DNA of 63,135 nt, the filler included, from Choristocarpus tenellus KU-1152 (lineage: Eukaryota; Protista; Phaeophyceae): the NCBI GenBank assembly GCA_964200185.2. It is 11 parts of 11 records of this genome, joined end to end, with 100 filler letters (N's around TTAATTAATTAA, not from the genome) between each part and the next. Parts side by side here need not be neighbours in the genome. Positions count along the whole stretch, not along the records: positions 39,997 to 54,581 come from CAXNAD020001156.1; positions 54,682 to 60,493 come from CAXNAD020009692.1; positions 60,594 to 63,135 come from CAXNAD020026911.1; 8 more parts are not named here. One strand, given 5' to 3'. Within the stretch, counting starts at the first letter, position 1; every line of letters begins with the position of its first letter. A program made the position numbers and the translations under genes. Below, piece by piece: positions 53,031 through 63,135 of this stretch. Under the pieces are notes generated by a model that saw only the letters and a program-made list of their open reading frames with translations, was not told the DNA's origin and searched no databases.

Positions 53031-56000
53031 ACTTGACGACTTGTGCATCAGGAGTCCTATACGTACATCAGTATCATCTACAGACCCGTAGATTGGAGCT
53101 ATACATCCTGTGGAGGTAAGCTTTCTTTTCTGGGGCGACTGTAACATAATATGCTCTAACTTTATATTGCACTAGTACTCGTGTAGTGATCTAGTTCTGA
53201 CAGATACATCAGTATTTTAGATGGACAATAGGGTTCAGGTTTCTCCAAGACAAATACCCTCCTTGATTTAGTAATACCCCAAGACACCATCACTTTACAA
53301 GATATATCCGATTAGCGCACATGGAGAGAAGATTGTATCCTCTAGGCTAGACTCCAACAATGTAATCTATCAATCAGCTCCTCCGAACATCTGTATGCAG
53401 CTACATGGATTGTGTTGTATTGGAAATTCATGGAGGTAGAGTCAAGCACTTCCCCTCCTGCAATTGAGTCAAAGCTACTAAAAGATAGGCAGGGTTGTAT
53501 TGTAAGATCCCGAGAAACAGTAAAATTATGCATTTTGTACGATTGCAGAAAGAGCCCTTGCTCAACTATGGTGTCATACTGTGTTTGGAAAGGGGTAATA
53601 TATATTTTGCGTATACTAGCATGAACATGAAGCAGTGGAATATGGTTTATTGCGCAGGATGAGAAAGATTACTTAGAATGTAAAAAGATCCAAAACCTGC
53701 CTGCCTCTCAATTGGTTTGGCTCATTAATTATTGCTAGAGAACCCTCAGGGGGAAGAGCAGCACAAGGCCTTCGACCTATCCCTAGTCACACACTGCTTT
53801 GCCTTAACTTGATTTTGTGGAGCTGCAACCCTACCTCCGAAAGTTCACTGATAGAGCATTCAAATTATATATTTAGAATAATACACAACAGTAATAATAT
53901 GCAGTAGTGTTTTTTTTTCTGTGAACGAATCCTTTGCCCAGATTAAGATCTGCTTTGTACCCTCTCGACAGGTAGTCCCTCTAGAAAAAGTACAACAATA
54001 TCGGAGAAAAGGTAGCAGTTTCAACGAAAGAAGGAGCAGGCTTATTAGAACAACACCCAAGGTAAACAGATAGTGGAATATTGCACCCCAAGAGGATTTT
54101 ACGACAAGGGGATAGTATTTACAAGACATTTCCTTAGGATTGTGAATTATATGATCCCAAAAAGAAGTAGAGGATTCTTGTGGCATCGGTTAAGAACTGG
54201 GTTTGTCCTCTCTAGTGCATTAGGAGGTTTTCCCGCAAAGCCTTTGTGTCCCCACATAGACATAAATGATACATTTTGATTTTTTCTTTATACTTCTTTA
54301 CATATATTTATCAATTTCATTTTTTTTGGTTGGTCTCAACCACCTATTAAGATGTTTGAAGGCATTGTGCATGCTTGATGCTGGGGGGCATGGAATCGGG
54401 AATTGTTTTGCATTGATTAATCATTGAATGGTGCAGAAGTCTTGTGATTATTCATTGGCAAATTACACAAAGTTGACTCCGAATTGAACTTTGAGCCAAA
54501 GTATCTGTGGGGGGGGAGGGGTCTACACCAGGGTATCCATTTGGGACAAAATGAGGAAAAGTGCATTTACATTATCCATCCNNNNNNNNNNNNNNNNNNN
54601 NNNNNNNNNNNNNNNNNNNNNNNNNTTAATTAATTAANNNNNNNNNNNNNNNNNNNNNNNNNNNNNNNNNNNNNNNNNNNNGTCTTCGTTATCATCATGA
54701 GTGACAGAGTTGCCTTCCCTACAACAAACGATGCTGTTTTGTCATATCTCGGCTTTCATTGCTAATAGCGGGAATAGCCAAATTTCAACTCTGGGCAAGA
54801 TCTTGGTCACTCTGCACCTCGTTTCCACCTCCAACACGTGGCACTGTCGTAACCTACAGACTGGCTGGCGTCCTCGACATTGACTTCTTTCAAACTATTT
54901 CGCCATGCAAGCCGCCTCCATTAGACGTGTTCACCACGTTAACCGTATCGTTTGTTCTGTTTGATTGACAAGCTATCGTTCTTCCATTACACTCTCCCAT
55001 TTTTTACGTCACCGTCGTCCCCTCCTCTCCTCAACAACGTTCTCCGCCGTGTCCACCATCAGATTCTCGACTCTACGCGCTTACCTCACCACCTGGGATG
55101 GGAAATACCAGGATGTCCTCAGCCAAGTCAACCTCCATAAGGTTCACAGTGGGCGGGGCGGTGATGGCGGTGGCGCAGACGTCGAGAGCACCAATGGATC
55201 GGCATCAGATGGCGGTGAGAAATAAGACGAGGGAGGGTGCGAACACAAAGGACGGGACGAAGATGGGGGAGGGGACAGACTGCCAGGCAGGGAGGATATG
55301 GGTGAGGGGGGTTCTGTCGACAGCGTTCCTGGTGCGGAAGAAGAACAAAACGGCCATGGAGGGTGGAATGCGGGCGTTTGCTGTACTGAATGCAATCCTC
55401 CATCTACGTCTCGGTGAGTAATGTAGTTGTAATGGTGCACATGCGGATGGCGGGTAATTAATGGCGTAAGATTGGTTTTCATCCAATCCCCCGAATGGCT
55501 AACTAGGTTGTCTTGCTTCAGCAGTGCATGCCACCACACCGGTGGATCTTGCGGGATCCCTCTGTGTGTGGTGCTGCGGTCGCTACCCCCAGGTCTCTTT
55601 GTTTGCCACAACCCGAGTGTGTTAGTGCATATCGCAACCGACTGTTGTATCTCACCTGTACTTCGTATTGTTTTGTGCCACCAATTTCGTGGTCCTTCGT
55701 AGCCGTGGATCCCTGCGTTGCGTTGTTGCACCCAATTAATGATTTGGAAAAATGCTGCTCTGTCTATTTGACACTCTCGTTCGATGCCACGCGCGACAGG
55801 TATTCCTGCCCAAAGTGCTCCATCACGTACATGGGCAAATGTGCCAACGTGGAGATTGTGGGTGACGAGAGGCACAAGGATGGATTGTGTATCAATTGCC
55901 CTGTGGCACAGGAGGGCAGTGAAGGGACTGGACCGATGGGGAACGAAGTGGCGGGTTGGGGCAGGGGCAAGGGTAAGAGTAAAAATAACGCAAGGAGCGC

Positions 56001-58259
56001 GGGCGGGTCACCCACCAGGCAAAGCCTTTTACGTCCCCCCTCACGCAGTGAAACGGCGGACATGGAGAAGTGCATGTGGATCTCGGCGTGGTTGCACATT
56101 ATACGGACATACAAGTCATCTCTGCGTGTTCAGTTTCGCGTTGATTTGCACGTGGGTCTTGGTTGGTTGTACATCATGTGGATTGCTCGTCCTTTGTGTG
56201 TTCGGTATGACGTTTTTTTGGAGGTTTCCATGGGCCATGGAACTTACCTGTTTGACGTCTCCCTTCCTTCCACGAGATGTATCTGATGGGTCTGACGTTG
56301 TGGAGGGTACGGCTTAACATTTTGGGGATTCCGGGGAAATATTGTCAGGACCTCACTTAATGATACGATTGCCTGCACCGTTGTTTACGATGCTGTCCTT
56401 CTTGTTGTGCTGTCTGTGTACTGTGTCATGTGTCATGATGTCCAACCAGGGCTGAGAACACTGCACTACACGACCTTCGCCCTCTCGACCCGACGCTACC
56501 CTAAGGCGGCATGAAAGAGTTCGCCTTCCACAACACACCAAAGCTCGCCATAGTTGTCCATCACCGCCGAGCCAAGACTCAACGACGAAGAGGCGATCAA
56601 CACCCACTTGCGCCAGGTGATGAAGTGCTTGCAAGTGAAGATACATCCTCAGGGCACCATCGCGCTATGTGTGCCCCACCCGTGGGACATGCAATCACAC
56701 CGCCTACACGGTGAGTTGCAGAGTTCGCCAGCGCTAAAATACGGGGTGTATTGCGGGAGACTATTGCAATCCGCCATGGCCGTTATCAGTCCGACCGTGT
56801 GTCCATCGGAAATGGTGGCGGCCGTTCAGGAGATGCGGATTCTGTCGTATTTCCTTTTGGTGTCTTTTGCTCTTTCCCCCTGGGTCGCTAGTAGTTCTTT
56901 GTTTGATTGTCCGCGAATCGCATGCTGGTGTTACTTGTCTTCACTACATTATTTTTGCCGCCTTTCCTTCTATTACCGAATTTCCTATTGTTTGCATTTT
57001 CGCATTTGTTATTTGGCTTGCGTTCCACACTCATTGTACTATTATCATGTTAGTGGTATGCAATTTCATGAAGTGCAACGATACCGTACTTGTGTGCTGT
57101 CACTGTCAAGTTTGACGCATGCCAGACCCACGCGCTCGCTCCCGCCTTCTCTTCATTCAGGGGCGCTTATGTCGTCGAAGGTGGGCTTGGTTGTGGAAGA
57201 TCATCCCCTGCTTACAATGTACAAGATGAGGGAGGGGGGGCGCCCTCTCGCAGGCACTGATAACTATCTCAGATACCACCAGGACATGATTCTTCTCGCG
57301 CACAACGATGGGACAGAGTTCACATGCAATTAGTGAGTCACCGTCGACGACATTTTGGCCATGGGAGTGATCCATCTCCTCCGGTGCTCCAAACCATGTG
57401 TGACGTCAAGTACCAAGGTGCTGCGACGGACATCCCTATGAGGGCCCTCCACTTCCTCGTTAACAGGTTTGTTAATTACGTTACACACGCCCTTCTTCAT
57501 GGGAGCAACGACTTTTTTTGTATAGGTGTAGATCATCGTTAAACAGTAACGCAACAAGCTGGGTGACGGTTCAGGGGCGTCCGTACCATGAGTGTGTTTC
57601 CCTGAATCAGTATGTTAAGTGTCCAACCGCACCAAGAGTGTGTTGCCCTGTATCAGTATGTTACTCGTACATTGCCATATGATGAATCTGTGCGCAATGC
57701 AATATACTCCTCGAGATAATTTACGACCTGCCCTCCTATGATAGGTACACGAATCCTGGGGACACCGTCATCTCCTTCAGCGCAGAGAGGCACAACGTGA
57801 TGGAGGCGGCCCTTGAACGGAGCAGGAGGGTGGAGGTGTTCGTGTCCAACGTGGTGTCAAAGGACGACGCGAAAGAGAAGATGGAGACCTCCTTCGGACG
57901 AGCCTACAAGGGTGGCAAGTGGAAGGTAACAAGGGTGTGCTGGCTTTTTTCCATTTCTTTCCAGCTTGTTGTCTGTCTTGGTTCGCTATGGATAGGTGTC
58001 GGGCGTGGGGTTGTGGTAGTGATGTTTCCTTGTCCATGTTTACACGTTGCTAACACGGTGCACGTGGTGACCCACGCCACAAACGGAAATCGCGAGACCC
58101 CAAGACTTTGTGTGTGAGTGTTGGTACGTTGTAGTGTCCTCCTTCCCCACACGAAAAAACAAACGTACTGCGGTACACCCCAAGATCTTGAACCAACGCC
58201 GGAATAACCCCTCGTACGTGACATAACCTTATCGCATGGCAAACACTTCAATGCCACAT

Positions 58260-58518
58260 GAGTCAAAGTATCTTAGAGGGTAGAGCCGCGTCCATTTGGG
58301 GGCCAAAATCCAGTGTTGCGATTTTGATGAAAATTTGGCTATTGTGTTTGTTTGGAACTATCAATATATCCTTGTTCCGAACACACCTTTTCATAACATA
58401 CACATTTTCCTACTCCGAAACATTTTGGAGTAGGAAAATGTCATAAGCATTCCGTGGGAAGCCAAGCCCCACATGGACAAACAGGGCAAAATTCGTACCC
58501 TCTAAGATACTTTCACTC
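58260..58518. mobile_element. Complete 259-bp MITE, family A, with 4-bp TSD ACAT, intronic
   Basis: ACAT|GAGTCAAAGTATCTTAGAGGGTA ... TACCCTCTAAGATACTTTCACTC|ACAT. The 23-bp TIRs have one mismatch. Confidence 0.92.
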
Positions 58519-58815
58519 ACATGGTTGGGCTGTCACATGTACGCACATGGTTGGGCTGTCACATGTACGCACATGATGTTGCAGGTATCCACGTCTCTCG
58601 TTCAAGAACGTGTGATAGGCCCTTCCTGCCTGCCGGAAGCCTTGGGGCAGACCCTCGTCCCAATTGAGATGCAGCGGCCGTTAATCCTCAGGGAAAGGCA
58701 ATGGGACGCGATGAAGCCACCGTTTTCGTTGCGACAACGGTGGCGTCGGACTTCGGCTACCAGATCGAGGTGAATCTGGCATAGAATGCACTTCGTAACA
58801 TATTTGTCAAGAACG

Positions 58816-59072
58816 GAGTGAAAGTATCTTAGAGGGTATGAGTTTTGCCCTCTTTGCCCATTTGGAGGTTGGCTTCCCATGAGTTTTTTAATGACATTTT
58901 CTTACTCCAAAATGTTTAGAAGTAGGTAAAATGTGCATGTTATGAAAATGTGTGTCCGAAACATAGATATTGACACTTCCTAATATACGCAATAGCCAAA
59001 ATTACATCAAAATCGCAACNNNNNNNNNNCCGCCAAATGGACGCTGCTCTACCCTCTAAGATACTTTGGCTC
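58816..59072. mobile_element. MITE, family A, opposite orientation, intronic
   Basis: GAGTGAAAGTATCTTAGAGGGTA ... TACCCTCTAAGATACTTTGGCTC, the reverse complement of the 58260 copy. It has a small N gap and an unclear TSD. Confidence 0.88.
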
Positions 59073-60109
59073 ACGAACGGCAGAGTCACGCTCTTGACAC
59101 GCAGTAGACACGTATTTTTTTCTTCCCGAGTCCGAACCTATCTAATGCGGCACCCAAATATGTCGCGTAGAAGACTATTGGCCTTGCGGATAAGTATTGG
59201 ATCCGTCGTGTGTTCAACATTTGCCACGATAAGGTTGCCGTTTTTGCACCACCTTCGGTCGTGCACCTCCAAATTACGCCCATTAATGAATAACCGAACT
59301 CTGGCCCCCCCCCCAACACCCCTCCACCCCCCCCAACCCCACCGACGTCTTTGTCTTCCGCAATGCTCAACCGCATGCAAGCTCGTCCGCGAATCCCGCC
59401 GAAATGGCCTTATTCCGGCTTGACGGGAAAGACTACAAAGTCGGCGGAAATGACCTCCCTGCGTGGGGTGATCTCCAAGTGTGCAACTCTCGATCAGAGG
59501 CCTTCCGTTCGATCTCTCTTGACGACCAAGAAGAACAGTGCATTCGGCTGCTTCATGTGGCCAACAACCAGCTCAAGCGCATGCTTTCGCCTGGAACGGA
59601 GGTGTGTGGGCCGTGTGCAGAGCTCTACTTGCGCGTGGCAGCCACTTGCCCTCTCTACTACATGTGTTGGACTGAGAAGGCAGACGACGCCAATATGGAA
59701 TTCACGTCAAAAGTTCAGCAGAGCGGAAGCCGTGATGAGGTCCTCCTCCCCTTCTCCCAAGTTGGCCCCGGGCAGATGTTTGTCTCGCCCGTAGTCGGGA
59801 GGGTGTGCAAATCCCGGGCAAAGAATGACATGAGATCACCGTTCAACATGCTCCCGGGTCTTACGGTAGTGCGTTCTCATGGGTTTGAAGTGCGGGATTC
59901 AGACTCAGACTTGACGCCAATCACCACTAGAAAACACAAACGTCCCTCTTCCCGCACGGGTGGAAAGGGGAAAGGTAGCAAGGTGCGGAGGGGCGCTGGC
60001 GATTCTGCGCCGGAAGACAAGCCGGAGTATGTCAGTGACGTGGAGGAGGATGAGGAAGAAGAAGAGGAGGAAGAAGAGGAGGATGAATGGGATGACGAAG
60101 AGGAGTGTT

Positions 60110-60429
60110 TGTCCTTGAACGGCAAGCGCAGTGTCGGCGGTGAGCTGGTTCCCGTTGCCTAGGGAGTCTCGTTGAATGACGATGGACAGAGCAAACTGCT
60201 CAAGCCAGCCTTTTTCACGGATAGACTTGCTGACGCGTGCAAGGCCACGCTCGCTCAGGGGTCGCACCATCTCCGTGCCCGTGATGTTGCCGAGTTTCAT
60301 CTTGTACATGCCGAGGTAGTGCTGTTCGAAGAGCATGGACATGCCCTTGGCATTGCTGTCCAGTGCTCTCGATCCATGGGCAGTGCCATTGGTGCGCAGG
60401 GGGGTCGTTGTTGAGTGAATGTTGGACAT
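60110..60429 (-). pseudogene. N-terminal fragment of a ParB/Srx-like domain protein
   Basis: GCC-ATG at 60429 follows a pyrimidine-rich leader. EMVRPLSERGLARVSKSIREKGWLEQFALSIVI resembles ParB-N (R..s...l..L..SI...G.l.pi.V). The frame runs into the antisense of the acidic tail before any DGxHR motif. Confidence 0.5.
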
Positions 60430-61259
60430 GGCGAAGATTGGGAAGGTGTGACGGGGATAGATAAGAAAGAGCTGCTGGTGGTATGTGCGGAAGNNNNNNN
60501 NNNNNNNNNNNNNNNNNNNNNNNNNNNNNNNNNNNNNTTAATTAATTAANNNNNNNNNNNNNNNNNNNNNNNNNNNNNNNNNNNNNNNNNNNNCGGCACC
60601 CCCCCCCCAGATACTTTGACCCAAAACGCTAAAGAATCCAACACAACTAACCAGGTCTTCATTGGAGGCCTCATCGAGACGTTATGACAGATTAACCATA
60701 ATTTCCAGTATTTTTTTCCGGTTTTGTTGTTTTTACTAAATCTGCCATTTCCAACAAAAAACGTTTGTGTTCAGAGGGTGGTGTCTCAACCACATCGAAA
60801 TGAAAAAATATTTTGAAGATATCTATGCGAAGCCAATGTTGTTGGGTGTCGAATAATATTATTTGTAGTTTCTGAATCTCACATTAAAAAACGTTTTAAA
60901 AATAAACTTAATGATTCAGACTTATAGGACTGAGGGAGTATATGTTTAAGGAAAATCTGGGATTTTCGACCTTGAGAAAACCTAACCACGAGGGGAACAA
61001 TAGGTTGGGGCAAAGCAATTGAGAGGTAGTAAGTTTGGAACCTTTTGCATCCTAAACCTAAATCACCTCTCTTACTCTGTGCAATACACTCCATTTCATT
61101 GCTTTATGTGCAAAATGATGCTCGCAAAATGATACCCCCCTTTCATAGACAAAGTGACACACAATAGACAGAGGTTCTCTCTTCTATTTGATCACGACAC
61201 ACAAAATTCTGACAAGATTCCTAAAATTTCTCGTCCTTCCTATTTTTCCACTCCTTCTC

Positions 61260-63112
61260 CGCTCAGGGGGATAATGGTGGGTCCATTATCGATGGGATAC
61301 TTCAGTCAGCGATAAAGGTGTTGCACCACACCTCCTGTGAACTCCCCAGATGTAAGATACAACTCCAATAGATGTTTTGCTGCCTCAATTGCTTCCCTGG
61401 ACTCCTGTGGGTAAGCAAAGGGGAATCTTGATGTCATTCACAGTCAGTAGATACTTGTCAAACTGCGCTGGTATGTGTTCCACATCTTGTAGATCCAGCT
61501 CTTGCACATCTCATAGTTCTAGAAAGTCGGCTAGAAGCATTGGCGCCTGCGCACTCAATATATTCTTCCACCTGCAGCAGCCACCGTTTGGAACAGAATC
61601 CTGTTATCCTTGTGAAGAGAAGCCCAGAAAAATACCTTTAAGTAATGATAGTTACTAGTGCTATAATATCTGAGACTATAGAACGAAGAATTGCTCGCCT
61701 AGGCGACTGTTCCTTGTACGTATTCCACAGCAAACTCTTATAAACTAGGGGAAAACACTCTACACATACGATCCTTTTTTCAGCTTCTAGAGTAGACTTT
61801 TGAAGTTCCTGACCCAATAGGATGCTTCTGATATTAGTCAAGAAGGGACCATTCCTTTGCCTCTTTACAAACTCCGGCGAGTCGGAAAAGCTACCTCTCC
61901 CCACTTTCTTCTGCATCCTTTTGGTGGCGTTTTGTTCACGTATTTTCTTGAGTGGCAGTGTCTCTTTCGCAATTGCCCTCTTCCCTGTGTCCCTATTCTG
62001 AAAACCAGGGCCTACGCGTAGGTTCCCATTGGTTCCTGAGCCACTGAACGAATCGAGTGAACTGTTTTGAAACAGGGTTCAAGTTTGTGCCAGGTGTCGC
62101 ATCTGGATTAACCCAAAAGGGAGGGGTACAGGAGTTAGTAGAACTTGATCTTCGCGCCATCTGACTGGAAACCAGCCTCTGGTAACAGGGGTACGGGTAT
62201 CGTTCTGTGTGTGACAGATACTCAGCGCTGAAAGCAACTCTGGGAATGCAGCGCAGTCTGTGTCCTATTGTACTTTGTCTCCAGTCTAGATTGGGTTATT
62301 CATACGAGGGGAATCTATAAAACGTACAGAGTGAGATATATAACACAAAGTAGTTGACAGCTCACCAAATCAGACATGTCTCCAAGTCCAGAAGCACACA
62401 AAATGAAGGCTGGTGCTTTCGGTCCTGTATCAATTGAAGGCATGCTACTGACGGGTCAGCAAAACATTATTAATCTATTTCAGACCTGGTTTAGTTAGCG
62501 GAAAGAGTCGTGATAGGCCTCCTGGTAGCTGATTCTTCGAGCCTGACCACGACTTAAATCCGTGGTTCACGAGGCTGAGGTTCCACCTGTAAATCTTGGG
62601 GATGAGGTCGTAGAATCTAAATATCCATATCAGGGATATGCAGTTAGATAGTAGGGTAAATTTCCTGCCCTAGATGTAATAGCAGAAACATTCAACAGTC
62701 CACAATATAGCCATGGATTCTCTTTCAGTGGATGCCCTCCTTCTGTCTCCCAGAAGCCCCCTAAGATTGGCATGCACTATGACATGCTTTCACTCGTCCT
62801 CCTGCACCTGAGTGAGAGCAGCTCAGCTCCCTCATCACATGCATTTGTGTGACGGAGAAATGGCTTATCTCATTTAGGAAAGACACTATAGACGTATTTT
62901 TAGCTCTTCAAATCCCCCTTGCTGATCTGCTCCCCAAGGGATTTTCCTCTTCCTAACTATTATTGACTTATACCCCTTATTCCGGAGGACACCAGTCATA
63001 GGCGCAGCTATCTGACCAATATTGTCGACGAACTGTCTCATGTACCCTGTCATGCAAAGGAAGGTCCTCAGCTGCTCAACTCTGTATGGGGGGAGAGCAA
63101 GTTTGGCGAACG
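61260..63112 (-). mobile_element. Decayed Ty3/gypsy pol (RT thumb, RNase H, integrase)
   Basis: RT/RNase H: VEQLRTFLCMTGYMRQFVDNIGQIAAPMTGVL...IPWGADQQGGFEELK; STERESMAILWTVECFCYYI*GRKFTL...KIYRW...NQLPGGLSRL. Integrase: FLEP*DVQELDL...KYLL...KHLLELYLTSGEFTGGVVQHL. Domain order is RT-RH-INT; many stops and frameshifts. Confidence 0.88.
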
Positions 63113-63135
63113 ATGGGTAAAAGTATCTTGGGGGG

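Larger units (their letters stand above)
55063..60162 (+). pseudogene. Spliced multidomain gene: PHD-like finger + degenerate beta-class N6/N4 DNA methyltransferase fold + SET-like domain + acidic tail; carries frameshifts and stops
   Basis: Approximate exons 55063-55214, 55522-55592, 55800-~56018, 56450-56710, 57161-57466, 57745-57925, 58585-58769 and ~59382-60162. Key segments: CPKCSITYMGKC...CINC; LRQVMKCLQVKIHPQGTIALCV; IPMRALHFLVNR|YTNPGDTVISFSAERHNVMEAALERSRRV; SSANPAEMALF..KDYKVG..LPAWG; CPLYYM..ANMEF. Lesions near 55565, 56502, 56558 and 57331. Confidence 0.6.

Noticed and set aside
58518-58575. 26-bp tandem duplication next to a MITE, and a 29-bp direct repeat at 57589-57664
   Set aside because: Each has only two copies and is intronic, with no spacer array or other structure.
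2977-60593. Recurring TTAATTAATTAA palindrome as a biological repeat or CRISPR-like array
   Set aside because: It is always centred in exactly 44N+44N, so it is a synthetic stop linker. For the same reason the genes here are not treated as a cluster.

Overview
This window is eukaryotic DNA with spliceosomal GT-AG introns. It is most likely a brown alga or close stramenopile; this is inferred from a Zn2Cys6 factor outside fungi, an exon of the brown-algal POMP-like multi-TM family and TTAGGG repeats. It is not one locus: 11 short contigs are joined by ten artificial 100-bp spacers (44N-TTAATTAATTAA-44N), so adjacency across spacers carries no biological meaning. Recognisable genes are an ankyrin-repeat gene (5' part), four internal exons of BMS1, a Zn(II)2Cys6 transcription factor and a near-complete multi-exon BCCT transporter. 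There are also two multi-exon genes of unknown function, a 117-bp tandem-repeat ORF and a decayed Ty3/gypsy pol. A non-autonomous TIR element family (termini G-R-S-Y-CAAAGTATCT, one clean 4-bp TSD) is abundant and sits at about half of the contig ends. The most interesting contig is 54682-60493. It holds a spliced, partly disrupted gene that appears to join a PHD-like finger, a bacterial/phage-type beta-class N6/N4 DNA amino-methyltransferase fold with degenerate catalytic motifs, a divergent SET-like domain and an acidic tail. An antisense ParB/Srx-like N-terminal fragment abuts its 3' end. All domain calls come from manual translation and motif recognition, not from searches.
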